DNA of 64,000 nt from Octopus sinensis (lineage: Eukaryota): the NCBI RefSeq assembly GCF_006345805.1, contig NC_043013.1, positions 50,530,001 through 50,594,000 of the forward strand, read 5' to 3'. Positions 24,281 to 39,035 of the stretch are shown one piece after another (positions within the stretch are counted from its first letter, which is position 1; each line of letters begins with the position of its first letter). The notes under the pieces were generated by a model. The model worked only from the letters and a program-made list of their open reading frames with translations, made no database searches and had not been told where the DNA came from. The position numbers and the translations under genes are program-made.

Positions 24281-27200
24281 GGCTCAGTGATTAAGGCATT
24301 CAGCTCACGATTGTGAGTTTAATTCCCAGTGACGCATTGTATCCTTCAGCGAGACTCTTTATATCACTTTGCTCCAGTCCAAGCAGCTGGCAAAAATGAG
24401 TAGCACCTGTAATTCATAAGGGGCCAGCCTTGTCACACTCTGTGTCACACTGAATCTCCCCGAGAATTACATTAAGGGTACACGTGTCTGTGGAGTGCTC
24501 AGCCACTTGCACGTTAATTTCACGAGCAAGCTGTTCCATTGATTGTATCAGCTGGGACCATCGTCATCATTACTGACGGAGTGCTGCTATTATTTTATTG
24601 TTTTACTTGTTTCAGTCATTTGACTGTGGCCATGCTGGAGCACCACCTTAATTATCTATAATTTGCTATGTATAGCAAATACAAATATCAAAATATGATA
24701 AAACACCCAGAAATACCCCAGTAACGTACCCAGTTAATATTATTAGACCAATGCCGAAGGAAAGAATAAAAGTTCTTCAGAGTAAAAGTTAGAATGCTTC
24801 GGATATAGTCCTTCGTTGAATACAAGAAGAACGTCCAGGAGAGAGTGGGACAGGAAGAACAAGAGAACGGAAGTTGCCGATGTATGTTCTGTAGAACTAC
24901 ATTCCACGAGACATTCATATCTGCTGTTATCTGTGACACCCACGACATGATTTAGGTATTGGTTTTTTTTTTTGTTCTTTGTGTTGCAGAACAATATTGA
25001 GTTTGTTTTTGTTGAGAGAAAAACCAATAGCTTTATTTCGAGTCGTTAAAAAGTCTGGATACATTCTTTGTTTGAGACGAAGTCTTTTGATATTTCCATT
25101 CGCACAATCCTTCCTCTGAGTTGTGTTCTATAGCATCGGATATTATGTCTTCATGTCTCACAGACATGAAATACTTTGAACACTTCTGCTTTTTGACAGA
25201 TTTCATATACATAAATGTATATGTGTGTGTGTGTTTGTGTGTGTGAGTATATGTGTATATATATGTATATATATGTAAATATATGCACTTGCATATACAT
25301 ATATATATATACTTAAGCATCTATGTATATATGTATACACATGTGTATATGTATGTATGTATAAATGTATATGTACATATATATGCAAACATACATAAGT
25401 ATTCAAATGTATATTTACATAAATATACACACATCATCGTTTAACAATGATGATGATGTTGACATATATATACCCAAACACACACACACACATATACACA
25501 TGCATGTCTGTGCACACATATATGTACAGTTATATATACATGTATATATATATAAATATGCAGATATATATATATATATGCATATACATGTGCATATTTA
25601 TATAACATATATATATACACGTATGCATATACATGCACATATATATATGCACATATATATATATCTATATATATATATATTCACACACACATATATATAT
25701 TCACACACACACATACACACACACACCCTCATATGTTCGCATACACACTCACAGCAGAGACAAAGAGCGACTCTCCTGCGTTAGACAACCACACAAAAGA
25801 CAACTTAAAAGGTTTTAAGCAATATTTCATCTCATTTACTTTGGAAAAATTTGAAGATTTTTTTCTCACATCTTTTCCTGAATAAATAAGAAACAACACC
25901 TCCATCACTTTGAATTTTTATTTTCATTGTTAATATCAATATATGCCTATGTTTATGCACGAATGTGTGTGTATGTGTATATATAAAAATATATAAATGT
26001 GTATGCACACACGCACACACACACTCATGCGTACAAATGCACACGTGTGTTTGCGTGGGTATATTTTATAGGGGCAGCTATGGGTGTGTGGTTAAGAAGT
26101 TTGCTTCCCAACCATGTAGTCTTTGGTTCAGTCCCACTGTGCAGCACCTTGGCCTGGTCTCTTCTATTTTAACCCCCAGGTCATCTAAAGCTTCATGAGT
26201 GGATTTAGCAGATGGAAACTAAAAGAAGCCCTACATAATACATATATGCATACACACACATGCATACATACATACATGCATACATACATACATACAGGCA
26301 TACATACATACATACATACATACATTTGAAGACCACAGATCCAATCCATCACTGGAACTGTAAAAATCTGTAAAACTTTCTGGAAGTTTAGCGTTTAAAT
26401 ATCTATGAGCATGTATAGGTATGAAACTACATGCATAAGAAATACATACATAAAGCAAAACATACAAATCTGCACATATACATATATACATAAGTACATA
26501 CATTCAAGCAAAAATACCCTGTTGTTGATATTGAAGTTCCAATGAAGGAGCCTTGAATCTAGGTTAGAAACCAGCTCTTTCTCTGTTAGCAAGAAATCTT
26601 GAAATAAGACTGAACAATGATATATATACATGTATGCATATATACATACATTCACATACATACATTAGGTGGCGAGCTGGTAGAAACGTTAGCACGCCGG
26701 GCGAAATTCGTAGCCGTATTTCGTCAGTCGTTGCGTTCCAAGTTCAAATTCCGCCATGGTCGACTTTGCCTTTCATCCTTTCGGGGTCGATAAATTAAAT
26801 ACCAGTTACACACTGGGGTCGATGTAATCGACTTAATCCCTTTGTCTGTCCCCTCTGTGTTTAGCCCCTTGTGGGTAGTAAAGAAATATATATACATACA
26901 TGCACATACTGTGTGTATATTTGTGTGAGTGTGTGTGTGTGTCCATTTGTTTTGACATAGTTGGAAACAAATGAAGGTTGGTGATAGGGAAGGCACCCTG
27001 CTGTAGAAAAAGCATCACAACAAATTACATCTGAAGCTTACAAACAGAAAAGTGATGTTGAATAATGATTTCGTGTGTCCCCACGTATGTATTTCACACT
27101 ATCATGCTAAGGGCCAGACTACCGGATATTCTTATCCACTGCTGGTCACAATGTGATTTGCAGCGTTTTAGCTTCTGAATGATGCCACCCAGCTGGCTAA

Positions 27201-27349
27201 GTTAGGCAGGCCAACATTCACCCCTGATCGAAAGGGTAATCCATCGCAAAGTTACCCATTCAGTGTTTTCCTCAAGAACAAACCACGATGCCCAGCGCAC
27301 CTAACCATTAGGCTACCCACCTTCACACATCTACACACACACACACTTG

Positions 27350-27448
27350 GATAAAAATCCAAGGCTGTGTAGATTTTAGAACATTTATAAATAGAAGATC
27401 TTCTATTTATAAATGTTCTAAAATCTACACACCCTTGGTTTTTTTATC
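27350..27448. repeat. Fold-back palindrome, ~49-bp arms, no spacer
   Basis: TGTGTAGATTTTAGAACATTTATAAATAGAAGA|TCTTCTATTTATAAATGTTCTAAAATCTACACA, centre 27398/27399. Confidence 0.9.
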
Positions 27449-27644
27449 TCATTACGGAAAACAAATTTTTAATATACACATGCTGATATATGACCTAAGC
27501 TGGACCCCTTATTCGCATAATTACCGAACCTGGAACTTAACTATGGTCTATTCATAGCACCTATTCAGCATTACCTAACACCTTTGGGTCTCACTGACCC
27601 CATTACGTCTCATAACCTATATATATATTATATATATATATATA

Positions 27645-27705
27645 CTGTAGATAAGTAAATTGAGTACCTTATTTACTGTGGTTAACCCCGACTCAACCCG
27701 GGACC

Positions 27706-27747
<42 letters not shown>

Positions 27748-27802
27748 ATAAGTAAATTGAGTACCTTATTTACTGTGGTTAACCCCGACTCAACCCGGGA
27801 CC

Positions 27803-27805
<3 letters not shown>
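27645..27805. repeat. Exact 64-bp direct duplication separated by (TA)n
   Basis: CTGTAGATAAG...CCCGGGACCTAC at 27645-27708 and 27742-27805. Confidence 0.9.
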
Positions 27806-27842
<37 letters not shown>

Positions 27843-29639
27843 TATATACATATACACACATACATACCTCATTCTGTGCATTGTATATTCTTTGGCTATC
27901 TTAGCCCAAGTCATTTATGAATGTTTAAAAGAACTCCTCCTCCAAAACAAATAAATATATAAAGTTGATAACAACAGCACCACTAACGATGACAAACAAC
28001 CACTTTCTGGAATTACAAGACTTCATAGAGATCTCTGAGTAGAAGAAATCTTGGAGGACTGAGAGCTAATTTCAATGTACACAAAACCCGAGAATCTGAT
28101 CTCAGTGATTCTGTCGCTTGTAATCTGTTGTTTTGTTGTCTCACATATAAAGAAGTAACAACAAGGAAATATTTGAAATATAATCATTTCAACAGTTTCC
28201 TTTTTGTTTTTCTTCTGCTGTTTTGGTATATAGTTACAGACCTTTCCATTCAGGGTTCAAATCTGGTTAAAGCCAAATTTTGCTTTTCACTTTTTGACGT
28301 TTGAATCACCCTTTAGCAGTTAGACTGGCCATAACCGGGCCTAAACAGTCTACCAGTCTTAGGTTCAAACTGGCCAGATCCAGCCTCTCACACCTAACCT
28401 ACAATGTCATTCTAGAAATATACAACCACATCAAAACCTTGTAACAATGAAATAATGCATGATTAATTGAAAATAACGAGTAAAGAAGCATTACATTTGA
28501 CAGAATAATCTGAATGCATTAAAATACCAGTAAGATATTAGGGTCAATGAAATTGACTAATGCCTGGTCCCTTATTTCAGGCTGAGCTGGCAGAATTGTC
28601 AAAGCTTTGAACAAAATGCTCAGTGGCAGTTTTTCTGATTCTTTTCATTCTGAGTTCAAATCCTGCCAAAGTTGATATTGTTTTTCATCTTTTTGGGGGT
28701 TGATAAAATTAAGTTTATAGGTGTAGGTGTGGCTGTGTGGTAAGAAGTTTGCTTCCCAACCACATGGTTCTGGGTTCAGTCCCATTCTGTGGCACCTTGG
28801 GCAAGTGTCTTCTGCTTTGCTATTGCTTCCCCGCTATATTATCCTCCAGTAATTATCGTAGTTGTTGTTCATCTCCCCTCCGTTGTCCCCCAGTTGTTGT
28901 ATAGTCATTCTTGTCCCCTCCTCAGCCACCCAATGGCTATCAATCTGGCAAAGTAACATTCTATACTGTCAATTCTATTTAGGTCCTGGCCATGATCAGT
29001 TTAACTTCTTCCATTCATTTAATACCAATAATATTTCACTTTCTCAGATACAACTGCAAATTCTTGTTTTTGTTTTTTTTTCCTGTTTCTGTACCCAGAA
29101 GTTTAGGGTTTCAAATTTCCTGTCCCCAAACCATTTCTCTCCCCCCCCCTGCTTCCCTGCAACTTTTCTTTTGTCTCTCTTTGGCATTTTCTGTCACTGT
29201 TTATTACACAGCATTATATTTCACCAAGATAAGAATCTGTGACAAAACGATGTTTCGGGGTTGGGGCCCATCCTACTGCATAATATTTTACTCCGCTCTG
29301 CTAACGATCACAGGGTGAGCAAACACCCTCTCTCTCTCTCTCTCTCTCACCCACCCACACACACACACATGTACATATGCACACACATACACATGCACAC
29401 ATTTGTGTACACATGTATACACATCAATTATTTCTTCCATTAGTTTGTGAAAGAAGCAGTGTAAGGCCTGTAGACCTCTGCATACTGATTAGATTGATGG
29501 GGTTATTGTGTAGTTTGAACATCTGCAAGAACCTCCCCCACCTCAAAAAACCCACCCACATGGTTGTATGTGCATTTCTGTGTGTATCTGTGTGCACATG
29601 GATGCATGTGTTTGAGTGTGTGTGTATGCGTGTGGGTTC

Positions 29640-29860
29640 CAGAAGGTTGCAGTTCTGGGAAGGAGTTGATTGAAGAAATATTTTGTGTGAAAAATCTGGG
29701 AGGGAAAACAGAGTAATGTTAACAAGAGACGAAGAGGTGGCATTGTTGTGCAGGCGTCTGGGTAGAGGGTGGATGAGGCTACCCTGTTTAGAAGAGGCAG
29801 AGAGGAACATCTACTGCTGCACCCAGGAGCCAATGGTTGTAGTGTGTTGGTAAATGTCTG
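29640..29860 (-). mobile_element. CR1/L2-type LINE 3' ORF2 remnant
   Basis: HTKYFFNQLLPRTATFWN resembles the CR1/L2 C-terminal SFFPRT...WNSLP motif. Confidence 0.5.
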
Positions 29861-30874
29861 TCAATCAGTCCAATGAATAAAATATTTTACATCATCATCA
29901 TCATCATCATTTAACGTCTGTTTTCCATGCTGGCATGGGTTAGACGGTTTAACAGGAGCTGGCAAGCCAGAGGAGGGCTCACTGCTCCAGGCTCCAATCA
30001 TTTGTTTTGGTATGGTTTCTATGGCTTGATGCCCTTTCTCATGCCAACTACTTTACAGAATGTAGTGGGTGCTCTTTATGTGGCGCCAGTATGGATGCTT
30101 TTCGACTGGTACCAACGCAGGTGCTTTTTATGTAGCACCAACACAGGTGCTTTTTTCGTGACACCAGCACAGGTGATTTTCATGTGGTACCAGCACTGGT
30201 GGTTTTTACATGACACCAACACAGGTGCTTTTTACATGACATGCCACAGGCGCTTTTTATGTGGCACCAGCACAGGTACTTATTATGTGGCACCAGTACA
30301 GGTGGTTCTTACATGGGTATAATCTGAGCAAACTGGATCTACATTAAAATGGTTGCTTGTGTAACTAATTTCCCAATCACCCCAGATATGTGAACGTGAC
30401 TCTAATGTGGGTCTCCTTTGACCCCTGCAAAGATCTAATGAGACATGATTAAAGTGATTAGGGCCGAGGTACTTTATTACCTCAAAAAGGGAGTCTAGTC
30501 TTTGAAATCCATCTTCATCATCATCAATCACCGTTTTTACATCCACTTTCCCATGCTTGCATGGGTCAGATAGTTCGTTGAGGCAAATTTTCTATGACGA
30601 GAATGCTCGGTAACAATTATCAAAAATGTGGGCCATATTACCAAGCCAAACTTGCTTGTAAATGAAGCTAAGATTTTAAACACACACACACACACAGAGG
30701 TACAGGCGTGACTGAGTGGTAAGATGTTTGCTTCTCAATGACATGGTTCTGGGTTCAGCCCCACTGCGTGGCACCTTGGGCAAGTGTCTTCTACTATAGC
30801 CGTGGGTCAACCAAACCCTTGTAAATAGATTTGGTTGACAAAAACTGAAAAAAAAGGCTGTTGTGTGTGTATAA

Positions 30875-30908
<34 letters not shown>

Positions 30909-32281
30909 GTGTGTGTGTGTGTGGGTTGTGGCGCTCCGTTGGTTATGATGACGAGGGTTCCAGTTGATCTGATCAACTGCTGATGAAATTAACATGTAAG
31001 TGGCTGAGCACTCCACAGACATGTGTACCCTTAATGTAGTTCTCGGGGAGATTCAGCGTGACAGAGGGTGTGACAAGGCTGGCCCCTTTGAAATACGGGT
31101 ACAACAGAAACAGGAAGAAAGAGTGAGAGAAAGTTGTGGTGAAAGAGTATAGCAGGGTTCGCCACCACCACCTGCCGGAGCCTCGTGGAGCTTTAGGTGC
31201 TTTCGCTCAATAAACACAATGCCTGGTCAGGGAATTGAAACTGCAATCCTGTGACCACAAGTTTGCTGCTCAAACCACTTGGCTATTGTGCCTCCACTAT
31301 ATATATACATATATATATATATATACACACACAGGTGAGCACATAAGCGCAAAACAAGGTGGAAAGAATAGTACTCAAATACCAAAGGTTGAGCAATATT
31401 CTGACAAATTAAATTTAAATGTTGAAGTGAATCTAACGGTTTTTGTGTGTTTCTTAAATGGCTTATAAACACCTTCCATGCTGCAATTGTATATTATATA
31501 TATCAGTGAAATCATAGTCATAGCTGATGCTGGTGTCACATAACTGGAACTTGTGCTGGTGGCACATAAAGAGCCCCCTTTGAGTGTTGTGCCTCTTGGA
31601 GGCAAAGTGGCTGAGTTTGTTTTGAGTATTGGGCCTCATGGAGGCAATGATCAAGACTTTTGGCATTATGTCGTGAAAGATACTGGTGTCACACATATGG
31701 CACATGAAAGCACCCATTACACTCTCAGAGTGGTAGGCGTTAGGGAGGTCATCCATCTGTAGAGAACCATGCGAAATCAGACCGGAGTCTGATGCAGCGT
31801 TCCAGTTTACTAGTCCTGGTCAAACTGTCCAACCCATGCCAGTATGGACAACGGACGTTAAATGCTGATGATATATATATATATATTTCTTTATTGCCCA
31901 CAAGGGGCTAAACATAGAGGGGACAAACGGATTAAGTCTATTACGTCGACCCCAGTGCGTAACTGATACTTTATTTATCGACCCCGAAAGGATGAAAGGC
32001 AAAGTCGACCTCGGCGCAATTTGAACTCAGAACGTAGCAACGAGTGAAATACCTATTTCTTTACTACCCACAAGGGGCTAAACACAGAGAGGATAAGCAA
32101 GGACAGACAAACGGATTAAGTCGATTGCATCGACCCCAGTGCGTAACTGATACTTTATTTATTGACCCCGAAAGGATGAAAGGCAAAGTCGACCTCGGCG
32201 GAATTTGAACTCAGAATGTAGCGGCAGACGAAACACGGCACGCATTTCGCCCGGTGTGCTAACGTTTCTGCCAGCTCGCCT

Positions 32282-32335
<54 letters not shown>

Positions 32336-32371
32336 ACATATACAGATATATATATATATTATATATATATA

Positions 32372-32464
<93 letters not shown>

Positions 32465-32867
32465 GTGTGTGTGCTTATATCACACCCACACACAGCCAAC
32501 TATAGAAAATAATTTGTATTAAGTAAGAATGTAAACAAAAGAATGCAAACCAACCTAAGAATAAAAGACATTACTAAGTCTTGGAGCTGTTTTTGTTTTG
32601 GTTTGTTAATGTTTATGAAGGTGGTAATGTCTCGCCTACAATGAGCAGGAACTTGAAATTCAGTGACTATTTTGAGCAAAATAAACAAATTTATTCAATA
32701 AAAGCGAAACAGAAATACAAGTTGCCATGGTATCCTTATTTTACAATAGACAGACAATTTCTAGTGTTTTCCATTAATTTGCCATATGGTGGCAGAGAGA
32801 GAATGAATGGGAATAGGGTTTTACAGAAAGTAACTAAAGAGATTTTACAAAGGAGAGAGAGAGAGAG

Positions 32868-32948
<81 letters not shown>

Positions 32949-33188
32949 GGGTGGGTGGGTGAGGGCATTAATAACAGCTGTTGTGAGCTTATCTTCTTCT
33001 TTGTTTATTTGTCATATCTTCTCTGATGTGAGAAATATTCCAACAGAGAACTGCTGCAAGACTGAAGAATAATTTAAGAATTAAGAATCTCTTTTTGGGA
33101 TTTTTGAATTTTACATTAATTTTCTCTCATTTTTTTTTTTAACCTCTAGCTTTCTTACCCTCCAGCTTTCAAAATCCATGTAATTGTA

Positions 33189-33234
<46 letters not shown>

Positions 33235-33390
33235 TAAGGTACAGGAGTGGCTGTGTGGTAAGAAGCTTGCTTCCCAACCACATGATTCCGGGTTCAGTCC
33301 CACTGCGTGGCACCTTGAACAAGTGTCTTCTACTATAGCGTCGGGCCAACCAAATCTTTGTGAGTGGATTTGGTAGACAGAAGCCTGTCG

Positions 33391-33440
<50 letters not shown>

Positions 33441-33657
33441 CATACATACATACATACATACATATACATACATATATACAATGGGCTTCTTTCAGTTTCC
33501 GTCTACCAAATCCACTCACAAAGCTTTGGTCAGCCTGAGGTGTAGTAGAAGGCACTTGCTCAAGGTGCCATGCAGTGCGACTGAACCCGGCACCATGTGG
33601 TTAGGAAGCAAGCTTCTTACCATATAGCCATACCTGAGCCTAAATACACACACACAC

Positions 33658-33902
33658 ACAGAGTGGTGAATAAATTGTTGTCTAAATTACGCAAAAATGA
33701 AAATAACACTGGCATCTCATTTTAACAGAGATATTTACCAAAATTGCATAAAAAGTAAATTTATTCAATAAAATCGCCATTGCCTTCAACCATAGCCTCT
33801 CGATGACTTCAGAATCTCCTGCAATTCTTTTGGATGGTCTCCTTGTTTAAGTTGGTGAATGCTGCCATAATCCTTGCCTTCAGTTTATCTTTGGTGTTAC
33901 AA
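33658..33902 (-). mobile_element. Tc1/mariner transposase C-terminal fragment
   Basis: Minus strand reads CNTKDKLKARIMAAFTNLNKETIQKNCRRF*SHREAMVEGNGDFIE*, typical of Tc1-like C-termini. Confidence 0.65.
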
Positions 33903-34549
33903 AGAGTTTTGTTTCAAATTTGGTAGATTGATGTAATTTTTCATGCTGAATCTGAATATGGGATTCTTTTCTTCCAGAAAAAAATTTAGTAACATGTTAC
34001 AGAGGTTCAGTGTTTGATAATATTTATCAAAAAGCAGGATTGGGAAGCTGGCATTTTCTGCATGATAGCTGTCTGTCACAAAACGGTTCTCATCAAAACT
34101 TGTGGTGATGGTTGAGATGGTGAAAGTGTGATGGTCATGTGAGTTCAGTGCCCTTGTCACATTGAAAACAGAGAAGACAAAAGCTTTGCTTGTCACTATG
34201 GAAACAAAACACCAATGTGAGATTTACAGTTATGTGTATAATGGTAACTTTTGGTTGGCTCAAATTACCCAAATATGCTAATTTTGAAAGCTATTAACCT
34301 TTTATTTATTAATTTATAGCAAAAATGAATTTCCTTTTCCTAATTAGCATACAAAACTAAATTAGTATACTAAATTTGAAAACAACTGGAACAAAATTGA
34401 AAAAAATTCAAACTGTGACAGAAACTGAAAAAATCCTGGTAAATTTTAACTATTATGAAAAGGACTGTTTTCAACAGAAATGGCTTTTGATGTACAGTAG
34501 TGGCCCTAACATTAAAACTCTTTTAGCCTGTAAAATTATGAATTTGTAG

Positions 34550-34900
34550 TTGATATATGCACCTGCAAGAACAAAGTTATATACTCATTTAACCACATTT
34601 GCAATGCCACAACAGTTGTATAAGAAGTGGGAGTCAGTCTACGAACAAGAATGAGGAAAATGAGACAAATTAAATGTATGCTGGAATGACAGAAGGAAGG
34701 TTTAAGAAAAGATACTATCTCCTTTCAAGATAAAGAGAAAAATATATCAATATTCTTATCAAAATATGTATGGCAACTCAGAGATAACTATATTAAGTGT
34801 ACAGGAAAGTGGAGAATGGCATGTTTGAGGAAGAAGCAGACTATAAATCAATGGACTAGTTGGTGGTTGTTGTGTACAGCAGAGAAATTACGGCAGGCCC
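34550..34900 (+). mobile_element. Penelope-like GIY-YIG endonuclease remnant (second lineage)
   Basis: Across frames: CTCKNK, ICNATTVV, MYAGMTEGRFKKRY, SF.DKEK...LSKYVWQLRD...KW and LCTAEKL. These match the PLE pattern CNCR..CPL..C / YIG.TE..FK.RY / LSK.IW.LK / LCL.EK. Confidence 0.75.
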
Positions 34901-35733
34901 ACCATAACTGGAAAATAATCATGTTATATTCATGATGACTAATCTATGCCTTCTATCTGCCAAGAACTGGTGATGGACTGAGAACGGAGACATGGAGTGG
35001 TGGTCTCAACATTCAGGAGTTTCTGCCAAAATTCACCTTTATATGGGGCTCAATGTGAAAGTTGAATCACGCAATGGCTTGACGCTGATTGGTCGGTTAA
35101 TTGGCTGATCATGTGAAACTACTGTGGCTTAGCAGTGATGTCTACTTGGCCATCCATTGATTCAGTTTTTGGTGTATTTTACCAAGGTCTTGGATTTTGA
35201 GTGTCCTCTTTTAACCATAATACTAACAATTAGGATCTTGCTCTTAATTTTATTTTCCATTCACCTAAGGACAAATAATATCTGTTTATTAATACTCATT
35301 TAGAGACTTGTATCAAAGAACTTTCATTTTCCCAATTAACACCTTTCCCTTTTTAATTATAATTAAAACTATCACATGCAGGAGACATAATCATTTTAGG
35401 AAAATTCCAAAGTTATCTGTTCCATATATTCCATGCTCAGGAAAGAAGATTCTCTCAATTTTGATACGGCAACATGAACAGCCAGTGTGTGAATTCTATG
35501 TGAAAATCCTCTAATTCTCATAGATTGACTAATATGATTGATGAATTTTGAATTTCAGAGATGAGACTGATGGCAATGAATTATTAATAACTCCATTTAT
35601 ACATACATTCACGCTAGCTATACATTTCCCCTGTTATTGCATGCTATATACACACACACAAATGCATATATACACACACACACGCACGCATATATATATA
35701 CACATACACACACATATATATACACACACACAC

Positions 35734-35764
<31 letters not shown>

Positions 35765-36144
35765 TATATTTATATATACACACACACTCATAGAAATGCA
35801 TGCAAATTCTTATCTGGTTTTGTTTTATGATATCCAAGAATAGGTTGCTTGGTGCATTGACTTATATTGCACCTGTTTTGTGAATGTATATACATACATA
35901 CATATATAATACACTTACATATACATACACATACATATATGTGTGTGTGTGCATGCTGATCTACCGTGTGTAGGCAAGCGTGTAAGCAATAACAAGACAC
36001 ACATGCATATATTGAAATACAATTAAATGTGTAAACAGTAAGACAATCCAGTGATAATAACTGTTTATCTGTACAGTCAGATGGATATCTCGGTCTTCTT
36101 GTCATTTGCCACTGATGCGTTTACCACAATACACATGTTTAACC

Positions 36145-36184
<40 letters not shown>

Positions 36185-36534
36185 ATGTGTTGCTTTTCAG
36201 TTTTCATATCAAATTCATGGCCAAACTTAAAACGAAGAAGACTTTGTGTGTGGGTGTGTGTGTGTGTGTGTGTGTGTGTGTATTTCTTTTTTTCTTTTTT
36301 TCTTTTATGAGTTTCAGTCATTTGACTGTGGCTATGCTGGGGCATCACCTTTAGTTGAAGAAATCAGTCTCAGGACTTATTCTTTGTAAGCCTAGTACTT
36401 CTTCTATCGGACCCTTTTGTCGAACTGCTAAGTTACTGGAATGTAAAGTAACCATCATAGGTTGTCAAGCGATGGTGGTGGGGACAAACACACCCACATA
36501 CACACACACACACACACACACCCATGATTGACCA

Positions 36535-36890
36535 CTAAATCCACAAGTTTTTTTTATTCTCTCTTGTGTTCCTTTCTGTTGAAGAGCTTAGGCTCAAAAT
36601 ATAAAAGACCTCACTTTCCTGAGTGTCAAACTAATACAGCTACTTGTTGTTTATACATCTGACTTTGTCTTTTTTTTTTTGTTTTTCTGTAAATTTCAAC
36701 TGTCGTTAGCCACTACACACATTTTTTTCTCTCCTTGTTTCTCTCCTTGTTTTTTCTGTGTCCCTTTCTGTAGAAGAGTGTAGGCTCGAAACGTAAAAGA
36801 CTTTTTTCTATTCCTGAGCATTATACTAATACATCTGTTTGTTTTGTACACCACCTGTCTTGTGCTTTGTTTTTTTCATAAACTCTCCCT
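36535..36890 (+). mobile_element. Tandem pair (192-bp period) of pLTR-like units, each with a hammerhead-like motif
   Basis: CTTT-CTGTTGA-AGAGCTTAGGCTC-AAAATATA-AAAG (36572-36608) and CTTT-CTGTAGA-AGAGTGTAGGCTC-GAAACGTA-AAAG (36764-36799), each followed by homologous TTCCTGAG...ACTAATACA. Ends at (TA)n. Confidence 0.6.
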
Positions 36891-38344
36891 ATATATATAT
36901 ATATATATAATATATATATATATATATAATATATATATCATCATCGTTTAGCGTCCGCTTTCCATGGTAGCATGGGTTGGACGGGTCAACTGGGGTCTGT
37001 GAAGCTGGAAGGCTTCGTCAGGCCCAGTCAGATCTGGCAGTGTTTCTACGGCTGGATGCCCTTCCTAACGCCAACCACTCCGCGAGTGTAGTGGGTGTTT
37101 TTTACGTGCCACCTGCACAGGTGCCAGACAGAGCTGGCGAATGGCCACGAACGGATGGTGCTTTTAACGTGCCACCGACACGGGGCCAGACAGAGCTGGC
37201 AACCGGCCACCAACGGACGGTGCTTTTACGTGTCACCGGCACGGGGCCAGGCGATGTTGGCAACGGACACGAACGGATGGTGCTTTTACGTGCCACCGAC
37301 ACGGTTGCCATATATATATATACATATATATACATATATATATATGACGGACTTCTTTCAGTTTCTGTCTACCAAATCCACTAACAAGGCTTTGTTTGAG
37401 CCGAGGCTATAGGTACCCTGCTATAGGTGCTCCAAGGTTCCACACAGTTGGACTGAACCTGGAACTATGTGGTTGGGAAGCAAGCTTCTTACCACACATC
37501 TAAGCACTCTGTCGGTTACAATGATGAGGGTTTCAGGTGGTCCGATCAGTGGAGCAGCCTGCTCTTGAAATTAACGTGCAAGTGGCTGAGCACTCCACAG
37601 ACACGTGTGCCCTTAATGTAGTTCTCAGGGAGATTCAGCGGGACAATGAATGTCACAAGGCTGACCCCTTTGAGACTCGGATACTACTCATTTTTGCCAG
37701 CTGAGTAGACAGGAGCAAAGTGAAATAAAGTGTCTTGCTCAAGGACACAACACATCGCCAGGAATCAAATCCATGACCTTATGACCCTCAGCTGAATACT
37801 CTAACCATTAAACTATTTATCTTCACAAATTAATGTGCAGGTGGCTGAGTACTCCACAGATATGCATACCCTTAAGGTTAGTTCTCATGGAGATTCAGCA
37901 TGACGCAGAATGTGACAAGGCTGGTCCCTTTCTAATTACAGGTATAACTCATTTTTGCCAGCTGAGAGGACTGGAACAATTTGAAATGAAGTGTCTTGCT
38001 CAAGAACACTACGTCCTGCTGGAAATTGAACTCACGACAGTGAACTGATTGCCCTAACCACTAAGCCACGCTCCTCCATCTTTGACAATATGATGAATAC
38101 CTTTAAACTATTATTCTTTTATTCTTCTACTTGTTTCAGTCATTTTGACTGTGGCCATGCTGGAGCAATGCCTTTAGTTGAACGAATTGACTGCAGGATT
38201 TATTCTTTGTAAGAATATTCTATCAGTGTTTATTCTATCGGTCTCTTTTGCTGAACCGCTAATTTACAGGGATGTAAACACACCAACATCGGTTGTCATG
38301 AAATGATGGGGGGGGCAAACACAAACATACAAACATACTCATGC

Positions 38345-38376
<32 letters not shown>

Positions 38377-38586
38377 TATATATATAGGGCTTCTTTTAGT
38401 TTCCGTCTACCAAATGTTCTGAATAGGTTTTGGTCGGCTGGAGGCTATAGTAGAAGACACTTGCCCAAGGTGCCACGCAATAGGACTAAACCCAGAACCA
38501 TGTGGTTGGTAAGCAAGCTACTAACCACACATCCACTCCTGCACCTATATGCGTACCTTTTCCTTCTTTGGTCACTAAACTCTGCT

Positions 38587-39035
38587 TGCAAAGACCTGTT
38601 GAGGCAAGTGAAATCAAAATCAAAATCAAATTCGATGACTGGCATCCGTGCTAGTAGGGTGCCAAGAGCACCATCCGAGCGTGATCGTTGCCAGAGCAGC
38701 CAACTGGCTTCCATGCTGGTGGCACGTAAAAGGGCACCATTCGAGCGTGATCGTTACCATCGTCACCTTACTGGCACCTGTGCCGGTGGCATGTGTAAAA
38801 AGATTCAAGCGAGGTCATTGCCAGTATCGCCTGACTGGCCCCCGTGCCCGTGGCACGTAAAAAGCACCCACTACACTCTCGGAGTTGTTGGTGTTAGGAA
38901 GGGCATCCAGCTGTAGAAACTCTGCCATATCAATATTGGAGCCTGGTGCAGCCATCTGGTTCGCCAGCCCTCTGTCAAAATCGTTCAACCCATGCTAGCA
39001 TGGAAAGCGGACGTTAAATGATGATGATGATGATG
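38587..39035 (+). mobile_element. Retroposon ending in (GAT)n; close copy at 43356-43858
   Basis: Shared TGTTGAGGCAA...AAATTCGATGACTGGCATC through AGGGCATCCAGCTGTAGAAAC...ACCCATGCTAGCATGGAAA..GGACGTTAAA and a (GAT)n tail. An RTE-related origin is inference. Confidence 0.7.
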
